From Candidatus Kaiserbacteria bacterium (GTDB lineage: Bacteria; Patescibacteriota; Minisyncoccia; Phycocordibacterales; UBA2100): DNA of 64,000 nt. Positions 47,594 to 56,750 of the stretch are shown piece by piece. The position numbers were made by a program, and so were the translations under genes. Below the pieces are notes generated by a model that was not told the origin of the DNA, ran no database searches, and was given only the letters and a program-made list of their open reading frames with translations. The number at the start of each line of letters is the position of its first letter. The first letter of the stretch is position 1. The stretch is from positions 29,287 through 93,286 of the forward strand of contig JACPLD010000004.1 in NCBI GenBank assembly GCA_016186765.1, read 5' to 3'.

Positions 47594-48474
47594 TTCTTTT
47601 GTGCTTTCAGTGATTCGATATATTCACGCACCGCGTGCTGCGGTTTCCAGCCAAACTCATTTTCAATCCGCGACGTGTCGACGATCGACTCCATACGGTT
47701 TCCCTTCCGCTCGGGAAGCATCACGATGTTGTCGCTGAACATCTTAGCGATCTCAAGCATGGAATACGACTCCGGCGAGCCAATACCGTACTCTGCACCT
47801 TCTCCTTTCTCGCCGACGAGAAGGAGCGCGCGCGCTGTGTCTTCCACATGCGTAAAATTGCGTTTCTGTGTACCGGGCGCGACGACAGTGATAGGCTCAC
47901 CGGCCCAGTACTGTTTCTTGAACTTTCCCAAGACAGAGGCGTATGGCCCTTCGGAGAGTTCGCGCGGGCCATAGTTGTTGTAGAAATACGTAACCGCGTA
48001 GGGGAGATGGAACCAATGTCCGTAGTTGCGCACAAGTTCGGTGTTTGAGGCTTTCATCCATGCGTAGGGAGATTGATCGCGACCCAAACCGCCGTCGGCA
48101 AATTTCGTCGAGGAGCCAGCATACACGAGTTTGCAGCCCCCACCGGTCGAGCCACGCTTCCGCCAGTACTCGAGAACGCGAAACGTCCCTTCGACGTTCA
48201 GCTCCCACACGAGGGCGACATCCTCGAAGCTCTGCTCGACACGCGAGTACTCGGCGAGGTGAAAAATGATGACTGGGTTTTCTTTCCCGAGAAGCGACTC
48301 AATGTCTTTCGTGTGCCCCTTTACGTATTCGGCTCCCTTGATGTGGTTCTGCTCGCTTCCGATGAAGTAATTATCGAGCGAGATAACGCGATACTTCGGC
48401 AGCAAAAGTTCAATGAGCGATGGCCCGATAAGCCCCGCTCCCCCTGTCACCAAAACCGTCTGTTTCCCCGCCAT
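47590..48474 (-). CDS. NAD-dependent epimerase/dehydratase family protein
   Basis: VLVTGGAGLIGPSL Rossmann motif; YAWMK catalytic Y-x3-K. Confidence 0.75.
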   Translation of the reverse strand: MAGKQTVLVTGGAGLIGPSLIELLLPKYRVISLDNYFIGSEQNHIKGAEYVKGHTKDIESLLGKENPVIIFHLAEYSRVEQSFEDVALVWELNVEGTFRVLEYWRKRGSTGGGCKLVYAGSSTKFADGGLGRDQSPYAWMKASNTELVRNYGHWFHLPYAVTYFYNNYGPRELSEGPYASVLGKFKKQYWAGEPITVVAPGTQKRNFTHVEDTARALLLVGEKGEGAEYGIGSPESYSMLEIAKMFSDNIVMLPERKGNRMESIVDTSRIENEFGWKPQHAVREYIESLKAQKK

Positions 48475-48489
48475 CGAACAAACACTACA

Positions 48490-49650
48490 CTATTTGGCCG
48501 TATCTTCAATAATATTCCATTCCTTTTTGCCAGCTCGACGAGCGACAAAGATGGCGGCGGCAGCGCCGAGCGATATGCTTGCCGCACCGAGCCACCACAC
48601 CCACGAACCTCGTGCTGATTCGCCGACCGCAGCCATCTGCGAGGAAGTTGCAACAGATTCAGCGACAACGTCCTCTTCTTTACCTTCGGCGACATTTGAC
48701 GACACGCCTTTTGATACGCTTTTTGTGGACGGTACAATCTCGACCTCTGGCGCAACCTCTAGCTGCGTTGGAGAAGACGCTACCGAAGGAGCAGGGAGGA
48801 CAGTGCGGTCCTTTTCCGCTCGAAACGCAAGCGAGCCGCTCGGATAGGCAAGCTCCGTCGATTCCGATGCAAAGAAATGCAGGGTAGTTGGTGAGACGCG
48901 CATTGTTTGCCCTGCAAGCACAAACGTGTTTTCAGGAAAGGTGAATCGCTGGCCTGATGATTGAATTAGCCAGCGCGAAAGGTCGATGTCACGTGCCCCG
49001 TCGTTTTTTATCTCCACGCTGCCGTCCTCTCCTACGCGTACGGAAAGCTGCGCTGCGTCTGCGGTGACGGTAAAGTGATCCGAGTCTGTCGTGTCGTCAT
49101 ACGAGCCAGTCACGATGACGGCATAGCGCCCTGCATATTCAAAACGGTGCATCACAGAGTTGCCCTGCGCCGTCGAGCCGTCGCCAAAATTCCACGTAAA
49201 TCCAGCATTTCCTACCGCTTCTTTCCCGCTGTATGCTCGAGCCGTGAACAGCACATCCGCTCCGACAATCACTGCACGGTCGCTACCGCCGTCGACGGAA
49301 AACCCAGACGAGGAGGTTGAGGGTTGTGGAGACGAAGCCCCCGCGCTTGGCGAGGGAGAAGGTGCGGGCGGGAGAGGGGCCGAGATTCCTCCCTGTACCG
49401 TGATATGGTCCTTGATGTTCTCGTATGTCGCGGGACCGATACCGCTCACGTTCTGGATGTCCTCTATCGAGGCGTACGGACCGTTCTCCGTGCGATAGTC
49501 GATGATCGCCTGTGCCTTCGCCGGACCTATTCCTGTGAGTGTCTCGAGCGCCGCCTTGTCCGCCGTGTTGATATTGATGTTGTGATCGGCAAACACGAAT
49601 GGTGCGATCAAGAACAGCGCGGCAAAAAGTGCGATATGTCGGCCATTCAT
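48490..49650 (-). CDS. ComEA-like helix-hairpin-helix DNA-binding protein fused to a PKD domain and a lamin-tail-like domain, with C-terminal TM anchor
   Basis: NINTADKAALETLTGIGPAKAQAIIDYRTENGPYASIEDIQNVSGIGPATYENIK (ComEA HhH), FTWNFGDGSTAQG (PKD), LTD-like beta region, C-terminal WVWWLGAASISLGAAAAIF. The ORF may start at 49728 with a basic N-terminus. Confidence 0.65.
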   Translation of the reverse strand: MNGRHIALFAALFLIAPFVFADHNININTADKAALETLTGIGPAKAQAIIDYRTENGPYASIEDIQNVSGIGPATYENIKDHITVQGGISAPLPPAPSPSPSAGASSPQPSTSSSGFSVDGGSDRAVIVGADVLFTARAYSGKEAVGNAGFTWNFGDGSTAQGNSVMHRFEYAGRYAVIVTGSYDDTTDSDHFTVTADAAQLSVRVGEDGSVEIKNDGARDIDLSRWLIQSSGQRFTFPENTFVLAGQTMRVSPTTLHFFASESTELAYPSGSLAFRAEKDRTVLPAPSVASSPTQLEVAPEVEIVPSTKSVSKGVSSNVAEGKEEDVVAESVATSSQMAAVGESARGSWVWWLGAASISLGAAAAIFVARRAGKKEWNIIEDTAK

Positions 49651-49651
49651 G

Positions 49652-51469
49652 CTACGCCTCCCCTTTGAGTATCTTGAGAAGCTCTTCGTGCGTGACTTCT
49701 TCGGCTTCTTCGTTCTTCTCGTCGACATCCGGACGCGGCGGGACAGAACCAGTCGGAACAGGCCGTGTGCGTGTCCCTTGCTCGACTCGTTGCGCTTCGC
49801 TTTGAGAGCTACTCTGGGCTGGACTCATACTGCCGGGAGCGACACGCGCCTTGCGTGCAAGGCGCTCGCGGAGTATATCCGCAGGCGATCTCATGGGGAC
49901 GAGGGCGCGCTGCTCTCCGCGGGGTGCAGCAGCGACAATGGCAGCCCGCAGCGCGCTTCGCTCTCCTTCAGCGAAAGGATGCTCTCGAATGTTCGGACGC
50001 ACGGGGTTCTGCGATGATACAAACGCTCTCCTTTCCCGATCACCGCGCTGAGAACTTTGAGGCGCATTGCCCGCTCTCCCGCCCCGGTTGGTATCCGGTC
50101 GACGTGTAAATGCGTCACTTACCCGAGGAGCCTTCGACGGCGGAGCGAAATCTTTTTGTCGCTTCGCGACAAGCGCCTCTATCTCCCCTCTCGGGCGCGA
50201 ATACTGTGCGCGTGAATAGCGGACGACATCGTCGCGGTACGAGATGGACGGCGCATCGATCGGCGGCAACGTTTCCGCGGAAAATGGTGCGGAACCCACG
50301 CCATCAATCATGAGGGTGAGGTAGATCTGTCCAATACCTAAGCCCACGAGGTCTTGCACCATGAAGGTGGGTTCAAAGACCGTCTTCAACACCTCTGCAT
50401 CGAAAGGCCCAACGCGAAAACACACGAGCGTGCCTACGTTGCCGAAGACGGCGTCGCGCACTTTCTCTTCCATCTGCTCGATGTACTGGTTTGCGAGGGT
50501 GAGCGCGAGCTTGTACTTGCGCGATTCCGACAAAATATCGGCAAACGCCTCGTTCATCATCGACTGGAACTCGTCAACGTAGAAGTAGAAGCGCGGCAGC
50601 TCCCGCATGCGCACTGCAGGTTCGTCGGCGCGCGACATCGCGGCAAGGTATATCTTCACGACAAGCATGCTGCCGAGAAGTGCCGCGTTTGTCTCTCCCA
50701 TACGCCCCTTTGAGAGGTTGACTATGAATATCTTCTTCTCGTCCATAATTTTCCGTATGTCGAACGAGGAGCGGGCTTGTCCAACGATGTTGCGGATCAG
50801 CGGATTGCTGGTGAACTGTCCGACCTTGTTCTGGATCGCGGGTGTCGCTTCACGCGTGTACGTATCGGTATATGTCGCGAATTCTTCCGTCCAGAACGAA
50901 CGGACCACGGGGTCGGTGATCTTCTCGACAACGGCGGTGCGGAATGTTTTGTTCGTGAGCATGCGATTCACGTCGAGGAGTGTTGAGTCCGGGTACTCAA
51001 GAAGCGCAAGCAGTGTATTTTGCAAAATGTATTCCATGCGTGCGCTCCACATATCGACCCAAATACGCTTGAACGCACCAATAAGACCCGATACAACGAG
51101 GTGCCGCTTGTCGTAGCCCACGTCCTCCATCACGTTAAAGCCGATCGGATGGTCGGTGTCGAAGGGCGCGATGTAGAGCACATCCTTGATCCGCTCGTGC
51201 GGGACAAAATCGAGGAGACGCTCGGCGGCGGCTCCGTGCGGATCGATAAAGGCGACGCCTTCGCCATTTTGGATGTCCTGGATCGCCATATTCTCGAGCA
51301 TAGTCGACTTGCCCATGCCTGTTTTTCCGATGATGTAGACGTGCTTGCCACGGTCGGCAGCGCGTATACCAAACATCTCGCGCTTCCCGCGCGTGTGCGT
51401 CGCCGCAAAATAGGTAACGCGACGTTCATCGTCCTCTCGATTGGGAGGCATGAAGAAAGTATACCCCAT
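49652..51469 (-). CDS. P-loop ATPase of the VirD4/TraD/TraG type-IV-coupling-protein-like family with a disordered C-terminus
   Basis: Walker A HVYIIGKTGMGKST; Walker B FYFYVDEFQ; TraD/TraG-like C-terminal substrate-binding region; about 170-aa Pro/Arg/Ser-rich tail. Alternative start MPPNRE at 51451. Confidence 0.6.
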   Translation of the reverse strand: MGYTFFMPPNREDDERRVTYFAATHTRGKREMFGIRAADRGKHVYIIGKTGMGKSTMLENMAIQDIQNGEGVAFIDPHGAAAERLLDFVPHERIKDVLYIAPFDTDHPIGFNVMEDVGYDKRHLVVSGLIGAFKRIWVDMWSARMEYILQNTLLALLEYPDSTLLDVNRMLTNKTFRTAVVEKITDPVVRSFWTEEFATYTDTYTREATPAIQNKVGQFTSNPLIRNIVGQARSSFDIRKIMDEKKIFIVNLSKGRMGETNAALLGSMLVVKIYLAAMSRADEPAVRMRELPRFYFYVDEFQSMMNEAFADILSESRKYKLALTLANQYIEQMEEKVRDAVFGNVGTLVCFRVGPFDAEVLKTVFEPTFMVQDLVGLGIGQIYLTLMIDGVGSAPFSAETLPPIDAPSISYRDDVVRYSRAQYSRPRGEIEALVAKRQKDFAPPSKAPRVSDAFTRRPDTNRGGRAGNAPQSSQRGDRERRAFVSSQNPVRPNIREHPFAEGERSALRAAIVAAAPRGEQRALVPMRSPADILRERLARKARVAPGSMSPAQSSSQSEAQRVEQGTRTRPVPTGSVPPRPDVDEKNEEAEEVTHEELLKILKGEA

Positions 51470-51500
51470 GAGATGACGCAGGCTATCTCACGGGGTATAG
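51458..51500. promoter_or_regulatory. 38-bp palindromic motif copy 2 (TATACCCCATGAGATGACGCAGGCTATCTCACGGGGTATAG) upstream of the VirD4-like / ComEA operon
   Basis: 37/38 identical to copy 1. 15-bp arms TATACCCCATGAGAT / ATCTCACGGGGTATA with one mismatch. Confidence 0.55.
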
Positions 51501-51516
51501 CAAAAAATGCCTTGTG

Positions 51517-51741
51517 TTAGGAGTCTCCAGCTGACTCCGTTTTTCTCTTTTTCCGACCTATCTCCTCCTGCTTTTTGACGAAATCTTCGATGTCACTTTC
51601 GGAGAGGTCGGGAGGCAGCTTTGTTACCTCTGGCTGCGGCTCTGTATGAACCACTTCTGCAACTTCAGGACCATGCTCAATCTCGTGTTGCGTGTCAGTC
51701 CGTCCGGCTTTCTTTTCAGGAAGTCTCTCCTTCTCTAACAT
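51517..51741 (-). CDS. Small acidic hypothetical protein (74 aa)
   Basis: ORF only; Glu/Lys-rich; coding status uncertain. Confidence 0.3.
   Translation of the reverse strand: MLEKERLPEKKAGRTDTQHEIEHGPEVAEVVHTEPQPEVTKLPPDLSESDIEDFVKKQEEIGRKKRKTESAGDS
51520..51554 (+). terminator. Hairpin GGAGTC-tccagct-GACTCC followed by TTTTTCTCTTTTT (intrinsic-terminator-like, plus strand)
   Basis: Lies ~20 nt downstream of motif copy 2 and antisense to the 3' end of ORF 51517..51741. Confidence 0.4.
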
Positions 51742-51744
51742 ACC

Positions 51745-52956
51745 TTACTCGGATTGTAGCACCTGTCTAAGGCTCGTATATCGATTGGCAGGGTCCCAGA
51801 AAAACCACGAAGTGAGGCCGGCGTCGTAGGTCGCCTGTATCTGTGCACGAGCGTCTTCGGGCAGGTAATCTTTGCCGTAATCGAAATCCTGGAGCCACGG
51901 GCGGAGTTTCAAGGGAGAATAGGAGGGTTTTTCATACAGTGCGGGCGTGGAAGTGCCGATGCGCGCGTATGCGAACGAACCGATGGGAGTTGTGGTCGAG
52001 ATAGCGCGTCGCACTGCTTCACTCATCGAGTAATTCACAACGCGATATGGATCGTTGTTGGGATTTCCGAGCCCCAAGAAACTTTTTGGATAGTGTGAAG
52101 GATAGACCATCGGCGCGATATAGTCGAAATAGGCAAAAGCGCGCTCAAGCTGCTGGCCAATATTAAGATCGTCGATATTCGTCGTCGTCATGCCGAAGAG
52201 ATCGACGGACATAACGACACCCGATGGGTCAAGCTGCGCATGCAGGTACTGGAAAAATCGCTCCAGATCGCCGGCGTGATCTTTTGTCGGGTAGACGATG
52301 TCAGACATCGGACCGTCGGAAGGCCAGCGGACGTAGTCGTAATTCAACTCGTCGAAACCGAGCGCATGCGACTCTCTCGAAAGCTCGACAATGTATTCCC
52401 AGAACGGCTGACTACTTACCGCGACGAATGAAAGTCCCTTGAAATCCTTCCACGGCTCGCCGGGATGGCTACGACTTTGCACCGATTGCTCCGGATGGTT
52501 CTTCGCATAGAAGGGATCCTGAAAAACAGTGATGCGTCCGATGACATAAATGCCTTTCCCGTGAAGCGTCTCGATGAAATCCTTCATGTCGTCGGCGCCG
52601 CACGTTTCGGAAACCGAGCCGGCAAGCGCCGGATTGTCGGTCGGGAACGAGGTCTTGCCCGCATAATCTTTGATATCGATAACGACTGCGTTGAGCTTCG
52701 TCGTATCAATCAGCTCAACGAGCGAGTTGCGCAAGCTTGGTGTCCCGACCACGCACTGCGTCATGTAAATAGCGTACTGCGGCTCAGGTGTGGGGAGGTG
52801 CATAACCTGCGGCTCTTTTTCAAGGAGAGGTAGAGTGGATGTCGCCCCGAGACGAATGAAGGAAACACTGGGAGCGGAAGCAAGCGCAGCGGCGCCTGCA
52901 ACACCGACCACAACGAATGCGGCCGAGGCTACAAAGCCGAAGCTAGAGCGGATCAT
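51745..52956 (-). CDS. Secreted putative glycoside hydrolase-like protein (GHL10/DUF4015 family)
   Basis: Signal peptide; TIM-barrel-like motifs (VVIDIKDYAG, GKGIYVIGRITVFQD, FDELNYDYVRWP). Confidence 0.55.
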   Translation of the reverse strand: MIRSSFGFVASAAFVVVGVAGAAALASAPSVSFIRLGATSTLPLLEKEPQVMHLPTPEPQYAIYMTQCVVGTPSLRNSLVELIDTTKLNAVVIDIKDYAGKTSFPTDNPALAGSVSETCGADDMKDFIETLHGKGIYVIGRITVFQDPFYAKNHPEQSVQSRSHPGEPWKDFKGLSFVAVSSQPFWEYIVELSRESHALGFDELNYDYVRWPSDGPMSDIVYPTKDHAGDLERFFQYLHAQLDPSGVVMSVDLFGMTTTNIDDLNIGQQLERAFAYFDYIAPMVYPSHYPKSFLGLGNPNNDPYRVVNYSMSEAVRRAISTTTPIGSFAYARIGTSTPALYEKPSYSPLKLRPWLQDFDYGKDYLPEDARAQIQATYDAGLTSWFFWDPANRYTSLRQVLQSE

Positions 52957-53245
52957 GGGTGCCCTCGCGGGGTGTATTTTCTACAAACGCTTCGCCACTG
53001 CTTCGCTTCAACGTGGAACCAAGGCGACGGCGGAGTACGATGCCGAGACCTACAAGAGCCATACCTACGAGGAACAAAAGCACCGTATCCCAGCTGTTCG
53101 GCAACCCCAAAAAGGGCAAAACTGCAACAAATGCCCCGGCAAGCATGACGAGCGCGTCGAGGGTCATACGGAAGAAGTATACAGCATTGAGTATTGTGTA
53201 TGGAGTATGAAAGCCAGGAAAACTATGGGTCAACAATAACAACAA
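52943..53245 (-). CDS. Small membrane protein, unknown function
   Basis: Two or three TM segments. Confidence 0.4.
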   Translation of the reverse strand: MLLLLTHSFPGFHTPYTILNAVYFFRMTLDALVMLAGAFVAVLPFLGLPNSWDTVLLFLVGMALVGLGIVLRRRLGSTLKRSSGEAFVENTPREGTHDPL

Positions 53246-53897
53246 ATTCGCCCCGGTCTTTGTGCGCTGTTTTGATTTGTCGAGCTAACTCCGAAGCAGT
53301 TCCCAAGAGCACTTCTTCATGCATCTTCGTGAGTTCGCGGGCAACTATAATAGTACGTTTCGATATCACTCTCTCGAGCTCTTGAAGCAACTTCATGATC
53401 CGATGCGGAGATTCGTAGAGAACAACCGGCATCTCACTTATCGCAATACGCTTGAGAGACGTTTGCCTTCCCTTTTTGTGCGGTAGAAAGCCGAGAAACA
53501 GAAACTGGTCTGCACGTATGCCGGCGATCGAAAGCGCTGCCGTGAGAGCGGAGGCTCCGGGAACCGTTTCTATTGTTGCACCCGGAAGCTCTTCGCGCAC
53601 GCGCGAAACCAGCCGCGCGCCGGGATCCGAGATGCCGGGCGTGCCTGCATCGCTGACGTACACTACGTGTTCACCCGCTTTGAGTCGAGCGACGACTTCG
53701 TCAGCTTTCTTCGCTTCGACAGCCGCGTCGAGACGAAATATGGGCTTACGAAGTCCATAGTGGTTGAGCAATTTTAAGGTGACACGAGTATCCTCAGCGT
53801 AGACAACGTTGCACTCCTTCAAATTCCAGAGCGCTCGAAACGTGAGATCTCCAAAGTTCCCTATAGGTGTTGCGACAACAGAAAGTTTGCCTGCCAT
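53223..53897 (-). CDS. rsmI: 16S rRNA (cytidine1402-2'-O)-methyltransferase
   Basis: LSVVATPIGNFGDLTFRAL, YAEDTR, VSDAGTPGISDPG (tetrapyrrole methylase fold). Confidence 0.8.
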   Translation of the reverse strand: MAGKLSVVATPIGNFGDLTFRALWNLKECNVVYAEDTRVTLKLLNHYGLRKPIFRLDAAVEAKKADEVVARLKAGEHVVYVSDAGTPGISDPGARLVSRVREELPGATIETVPGASALTAALSIAGIRADQFLFLGFLPHKKGRQTSLKRIAISEMPVVLYESPHRIMKLLQELERVISKRTIIVARELTKMHEEVLLGTASELARQIKTAHKDRGEFVVIVDP

Positions 53898-53975
53898 GCC
53901 GCAGACGCTATCATTGATTCAATAAAAAAGAAACGGTCTTTACACTTCGCCCGCTCGCTGTAGTAGAATCAGCAG

Positions 53976-54449
53976 ATGTATTTGATGAACTTGCTGAAGA
54001 GGACTCTCGGCTGGAAATTCGTCCGCTACGGGCTGGTGGGAATACTCAACATGCTCCTTAGCGTCGGCATCTTCAATTTTTTCATGTGGGTCTCCGGCAT
54101 CACACGCGGCATTGAGATTACGTTCTTCTCCGCCATCACCTTCGCGATCGTCGTGACACACTCGTTCTTCTGGAACAAATTTCTCGTGTTCAAAAGCCGC
54201 GGCGCCGGTCGCCCAGAATATGTAAAATTTTTTACGGTCTCGACCACCACTGCGCTCGTGAACGTCGGCATCATTTCCCTGCTCGTCAATGGCATCGGAG
54301 CGCCCCAAGGAATTGATCCACTCCTCTGGGCCAATATTGCAGTCTTTATAACGATTCCAGTCTCGGTGCTCGGCAACTTCACCGGATACGCGCTCCTCGT
54401 ATTCACACACAGAGCACCGATGCCGGAGAGCGAAAAAAGCGTTATCTGA
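53976..54449 (+). CDS. GtrA-family membrane protein (polysaccharide synthesis/flippase-associated)
   Basis: FVRYGLVGILN...FFWNKFLVF; four TM helices. Confidence 0.75.
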   Translation: MYLMNLLKRTLGWKFVRYGLVGILNMLLSVGIFNFFMWVSGITRGIEITFFSAITFAIVVTHSFFWNKFLVFKSRGAGRPEYVKFFTVSTTTALVNVGIISLLVNGIGAPQGIDPLLWANIAVFITIPVSVLGNFTGYALLVFTHRAPMPESEKSVI

Positions 54450-54924
54450 GAGCACGCGCGGGATTACCAAGAACCGTTGCGCCATCTGGCACGTCCTTCG
54501 TCACCACCGCTCCGGCGCCGACGAGGGCTCCTTCGCCGATCGTGATTCCCGGCAGAATCGTCGCGTTCGAACCAATGGAGGCGTGCTTCTTCACGAGCGT
54601 CGGGATAAGCTTCCAATCGCCTTCCTTCCTCTGCGAACCATCATCGTTGATGGCCCGCGGGTGCTTGTCATTGGTAAACATAACGCCATGCCCCACAAAA
54701 ACACCATCTTCGATGGTGACCCCCTCACAAATGAAGGCGTGCGAAGAGATCTTGCAATTCTTGCCGACCCTGACACCTCTCTGAATCTCTACGAACGCGC
54801 CAACCCTGCTGTTCTCGCCTATCTCGCACTCGTACGCATTCACGAAATCGAAAATGCGCACGTTCTCCCCAACGCGCACGTCACGCAAACTTTTTCTCTC
54901 GGACTGCTCGTTGATCGTTTTCAT
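54442..54924 (-). CDS. Hexapeptide-repeat sugar N/O-acetyltransferase (WbpD/PglD/WbbJ-like)
   Basis: Left-handed beta-helix repeats (IGENSRVGAFVEI..., IGSNATILPGITIGEGALVGAGAVV). Start at MKTINEQ. Confidence 0.75.
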   Translation of the reverse strand: MKTINEQSERKSLRDVRVGENVRIFDFVNAYECEIGENSRVGAFVEIQRGVRVGKNCKISSHAFICEGVTIEDGVFVGHGVMFTNDKHPRAINDDGSQRKEGDWKLIPTLVKKHASIGSNATILPGITIGEGALVGAGAVVTKDVPDGATVLGNPARALR

Positions 54925-55649
54925 ACAGTCGCGGTTTTCTTCATACTTGACCTGAAACTTCGCACCACCCATATAAGCTTCGGCGTCTCCCGCAGTGCCC
55001 GAAAAATCGTCATGAGAGAGGCACCCTTGCTCTTACCCGATTGGCGTGGATGGTAGTAAGACAATACCTCCACGGGGCGCACTCCGCAAAGCAGGAGCTT
55101 CGCGCATATTTCACTCTCAACGAGTGAGCTCGAGAGCTCCCACGGAAGCTTCATGATCGCTTTCCTCTTATATATCTTCACCCAATTCACGTCCTTCAGT
55201 TGGATGCCATTGAAAATTTTGTTTACGAATTTGTTCGCCGCAGAAAGCGCACTACGGAATGTCGTGTATTGCACATTTTCCAGCCTATAGAACGAGACAA
55301 AAGTGCTGTCTTCGATGTCAAGATACGGCAATAATTCTCGCACGTCGAACTGGCCGTCTGCGGGAACCGCGCATACATTCTCGTTCCTCGCTCTCTTATA
55401 GCCATCAATGAGCGTCCGCCCAATGCCGAGATTCTTTTCGTGTCTGATGACTCGAATCACGTCCGGTCGGGCGCGCTCAAGCGCGACTATTTTCTCATAC
55501 GAGCCGTCCACAGAGCCATCGTCTACAACCAGCACCTCATACAAACTCTTTCTATGCTCGTCGAACAAACGGACGATGCGATTCAAGACTCCTTCGATTG
55601 CTCCAGCCTCGTTGAAGCAGAACACGACGATGGACCAACTTTGCTTCAT
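54921..55649 (-). CDS. Glycosyltransferase family 2 (GtrB/DPM1-like polyprenyl-phosphate sugar transferase)
   Basis: SIVVFCFNE...VLVVDDGSVDGS...AVPADGQ. Confidence 0.7.
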   Translation of the reverse strand: MKQSWSIVVFCFNEAGAIEGVLNRIVRLFDEHRKSLYEVLVVDDGSVDGSYEKIVALERARPDVIRVIRHEKNLGIGRTLIDGYKRARNENVCAVPADGQFDVRELLPYLDIEDSTFVSFYRLENVQYTTFRSALSAANKFVNKIFNGIQLKDVNWVKIYKRKAIMKLPWELSSSLVESEICAKLLLCGVRPVEVLSYYHPRQSGKSKGASLMTIFRALRETPKLIWVVRSFRSSMKKTATV

Positions 55650-56746
55650 GCGTATGAGTTGACGGCTTCGACGACACGCTCAATCTCCTGCTCCGTAAGC
55701 TCGGGAAAGAGCGGAAGCGACACGCAGTGATCGGCCACATATTCAGTATTGGGAAAGTCGTCCCGCTTATGCCCAAGCGAAGCGTACGCCTTTTGGAGAT
55801 GGCAGGGCGTTGGGTAGTGCATAGATGTATCGATCCCACGAGATTTCATATGCTCAATGAACGTCGGTCGGTTCTGCACCGTTACGACAAACAGGTGATA
55901 CGCAGGGGTCACGTTCTCGGGAATTGTTTGAAATGTTATTGCCGGATTCTCAATGCCTTCAACATACTTCTTCACGATCTCTGTTTTTCGCTTATTCCAC
56001 GCGTCGAGATGCTTGAGCTTGACGGAGAGGATGACCGCCTGAATGCCGTCCATGCGTTCGTTGTAACCGACCATCTCATGAACGTATTTTTCTCTCTCGC
56101 CGTGCGAGCGCAGCATTCTCACTTTCTCGGCAACATTCGCGTCGTTGGTGACGATCGCTCCCGCCTCGCCAACGGCACCGAGATTTTTGCCCGGATAGAA
56201 ACTAAAGCAGCCTACAGCTCCGATGCTGCCAACCATGGTGCCGTCATGGCGCGCCCCATGCGCCTGTGCACAATCTTCAAGCAGATACAGAGTGTGCTTT
56301 TTTGCGATTTTTTGCAAAGCGTCCATATCGCACGGCACACCGTATAAATGAACGCCGATAATCGCGCGGGTATTATTGGTAATCGCTTTCTCGACCGCGC
56401 GAGGATCGATCTCCCACGTGTCGGGAAGACAATCAGCGAACACGGGCTTTGCTCCGATATAAGAGATACCCCACGCGCTTGCAATAAATGTGTGTGCCGG
56501 CACGATGACCTCGTCTCCCGGTCCTACCCCGAGCGCAAGGAGAGCAAGGTGGAGTGCAGAGGTGCCGCTTCCACAGCCCCGCGCATACTTTGTGCCGCAG
56601 TATTCGGCGAACTGCTTTTCGAACACCTCGACGAATTCTCCGCCGGAAAACGCAGACTTTGCAATAACCGACTTGATTGCCGGCATGAGCTCGTCCTTTA
56701 GAGTCGCGTGCTGCCGCTTCAGATCAAAAAAGGGGACACGATCCAT
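55646..56746 (-). CDS. DegT/DnrJ/EryC1/StrS aminotransferase (WbpE/PglE-like)
   Basis: PFFDLKRQH, GSGTSALHLAL, FSFYPGKNLGAVGEAG. Confidence 0.8.
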   Translation of the reverse strand: MDRVPFFDLKRQHATLKDELMPAIKSVIAKSAFSGGEFVEVFEKQFAEYCGTKYARGCGSGTSALHLALLALGVGPGDEVIVPAHTFIASAWGISYIGAKPVFADCLPDTWEIDPRAVEKAITNNTRAIIGVHLYGVPCDMDALQKIAKKHTLYLLEDCAQAHGARHDGTMVGSIGAVGCFSFYPGKNLGAVGEAGAIVTNDANVAEKVRMLRSHGEREKYVHEMVGYNERMDGIQAVILSVKLKHLDAWNKRKTEIVKKYVEGIENPAITFQTIPENVTPAYHLFVVTVQNRPTFIEHMKSRGIDTSMHYPTPCHLQKAYASLGHKRDDFPNTEYVADHCVSLPLFPELTEQEIERVVEAVNSYA

Positions 56747-56750
56747 ATGC

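Noticed and set aside
49652-51469. VirD4/TraD-like ATPase as evidence of an integrated conjugative or mobile element
   Set aside because: No integrase, relaxase, transposase, IS element or att-like direct repeats are detectable in the window, and the flanking genes are glycan or competence genes.
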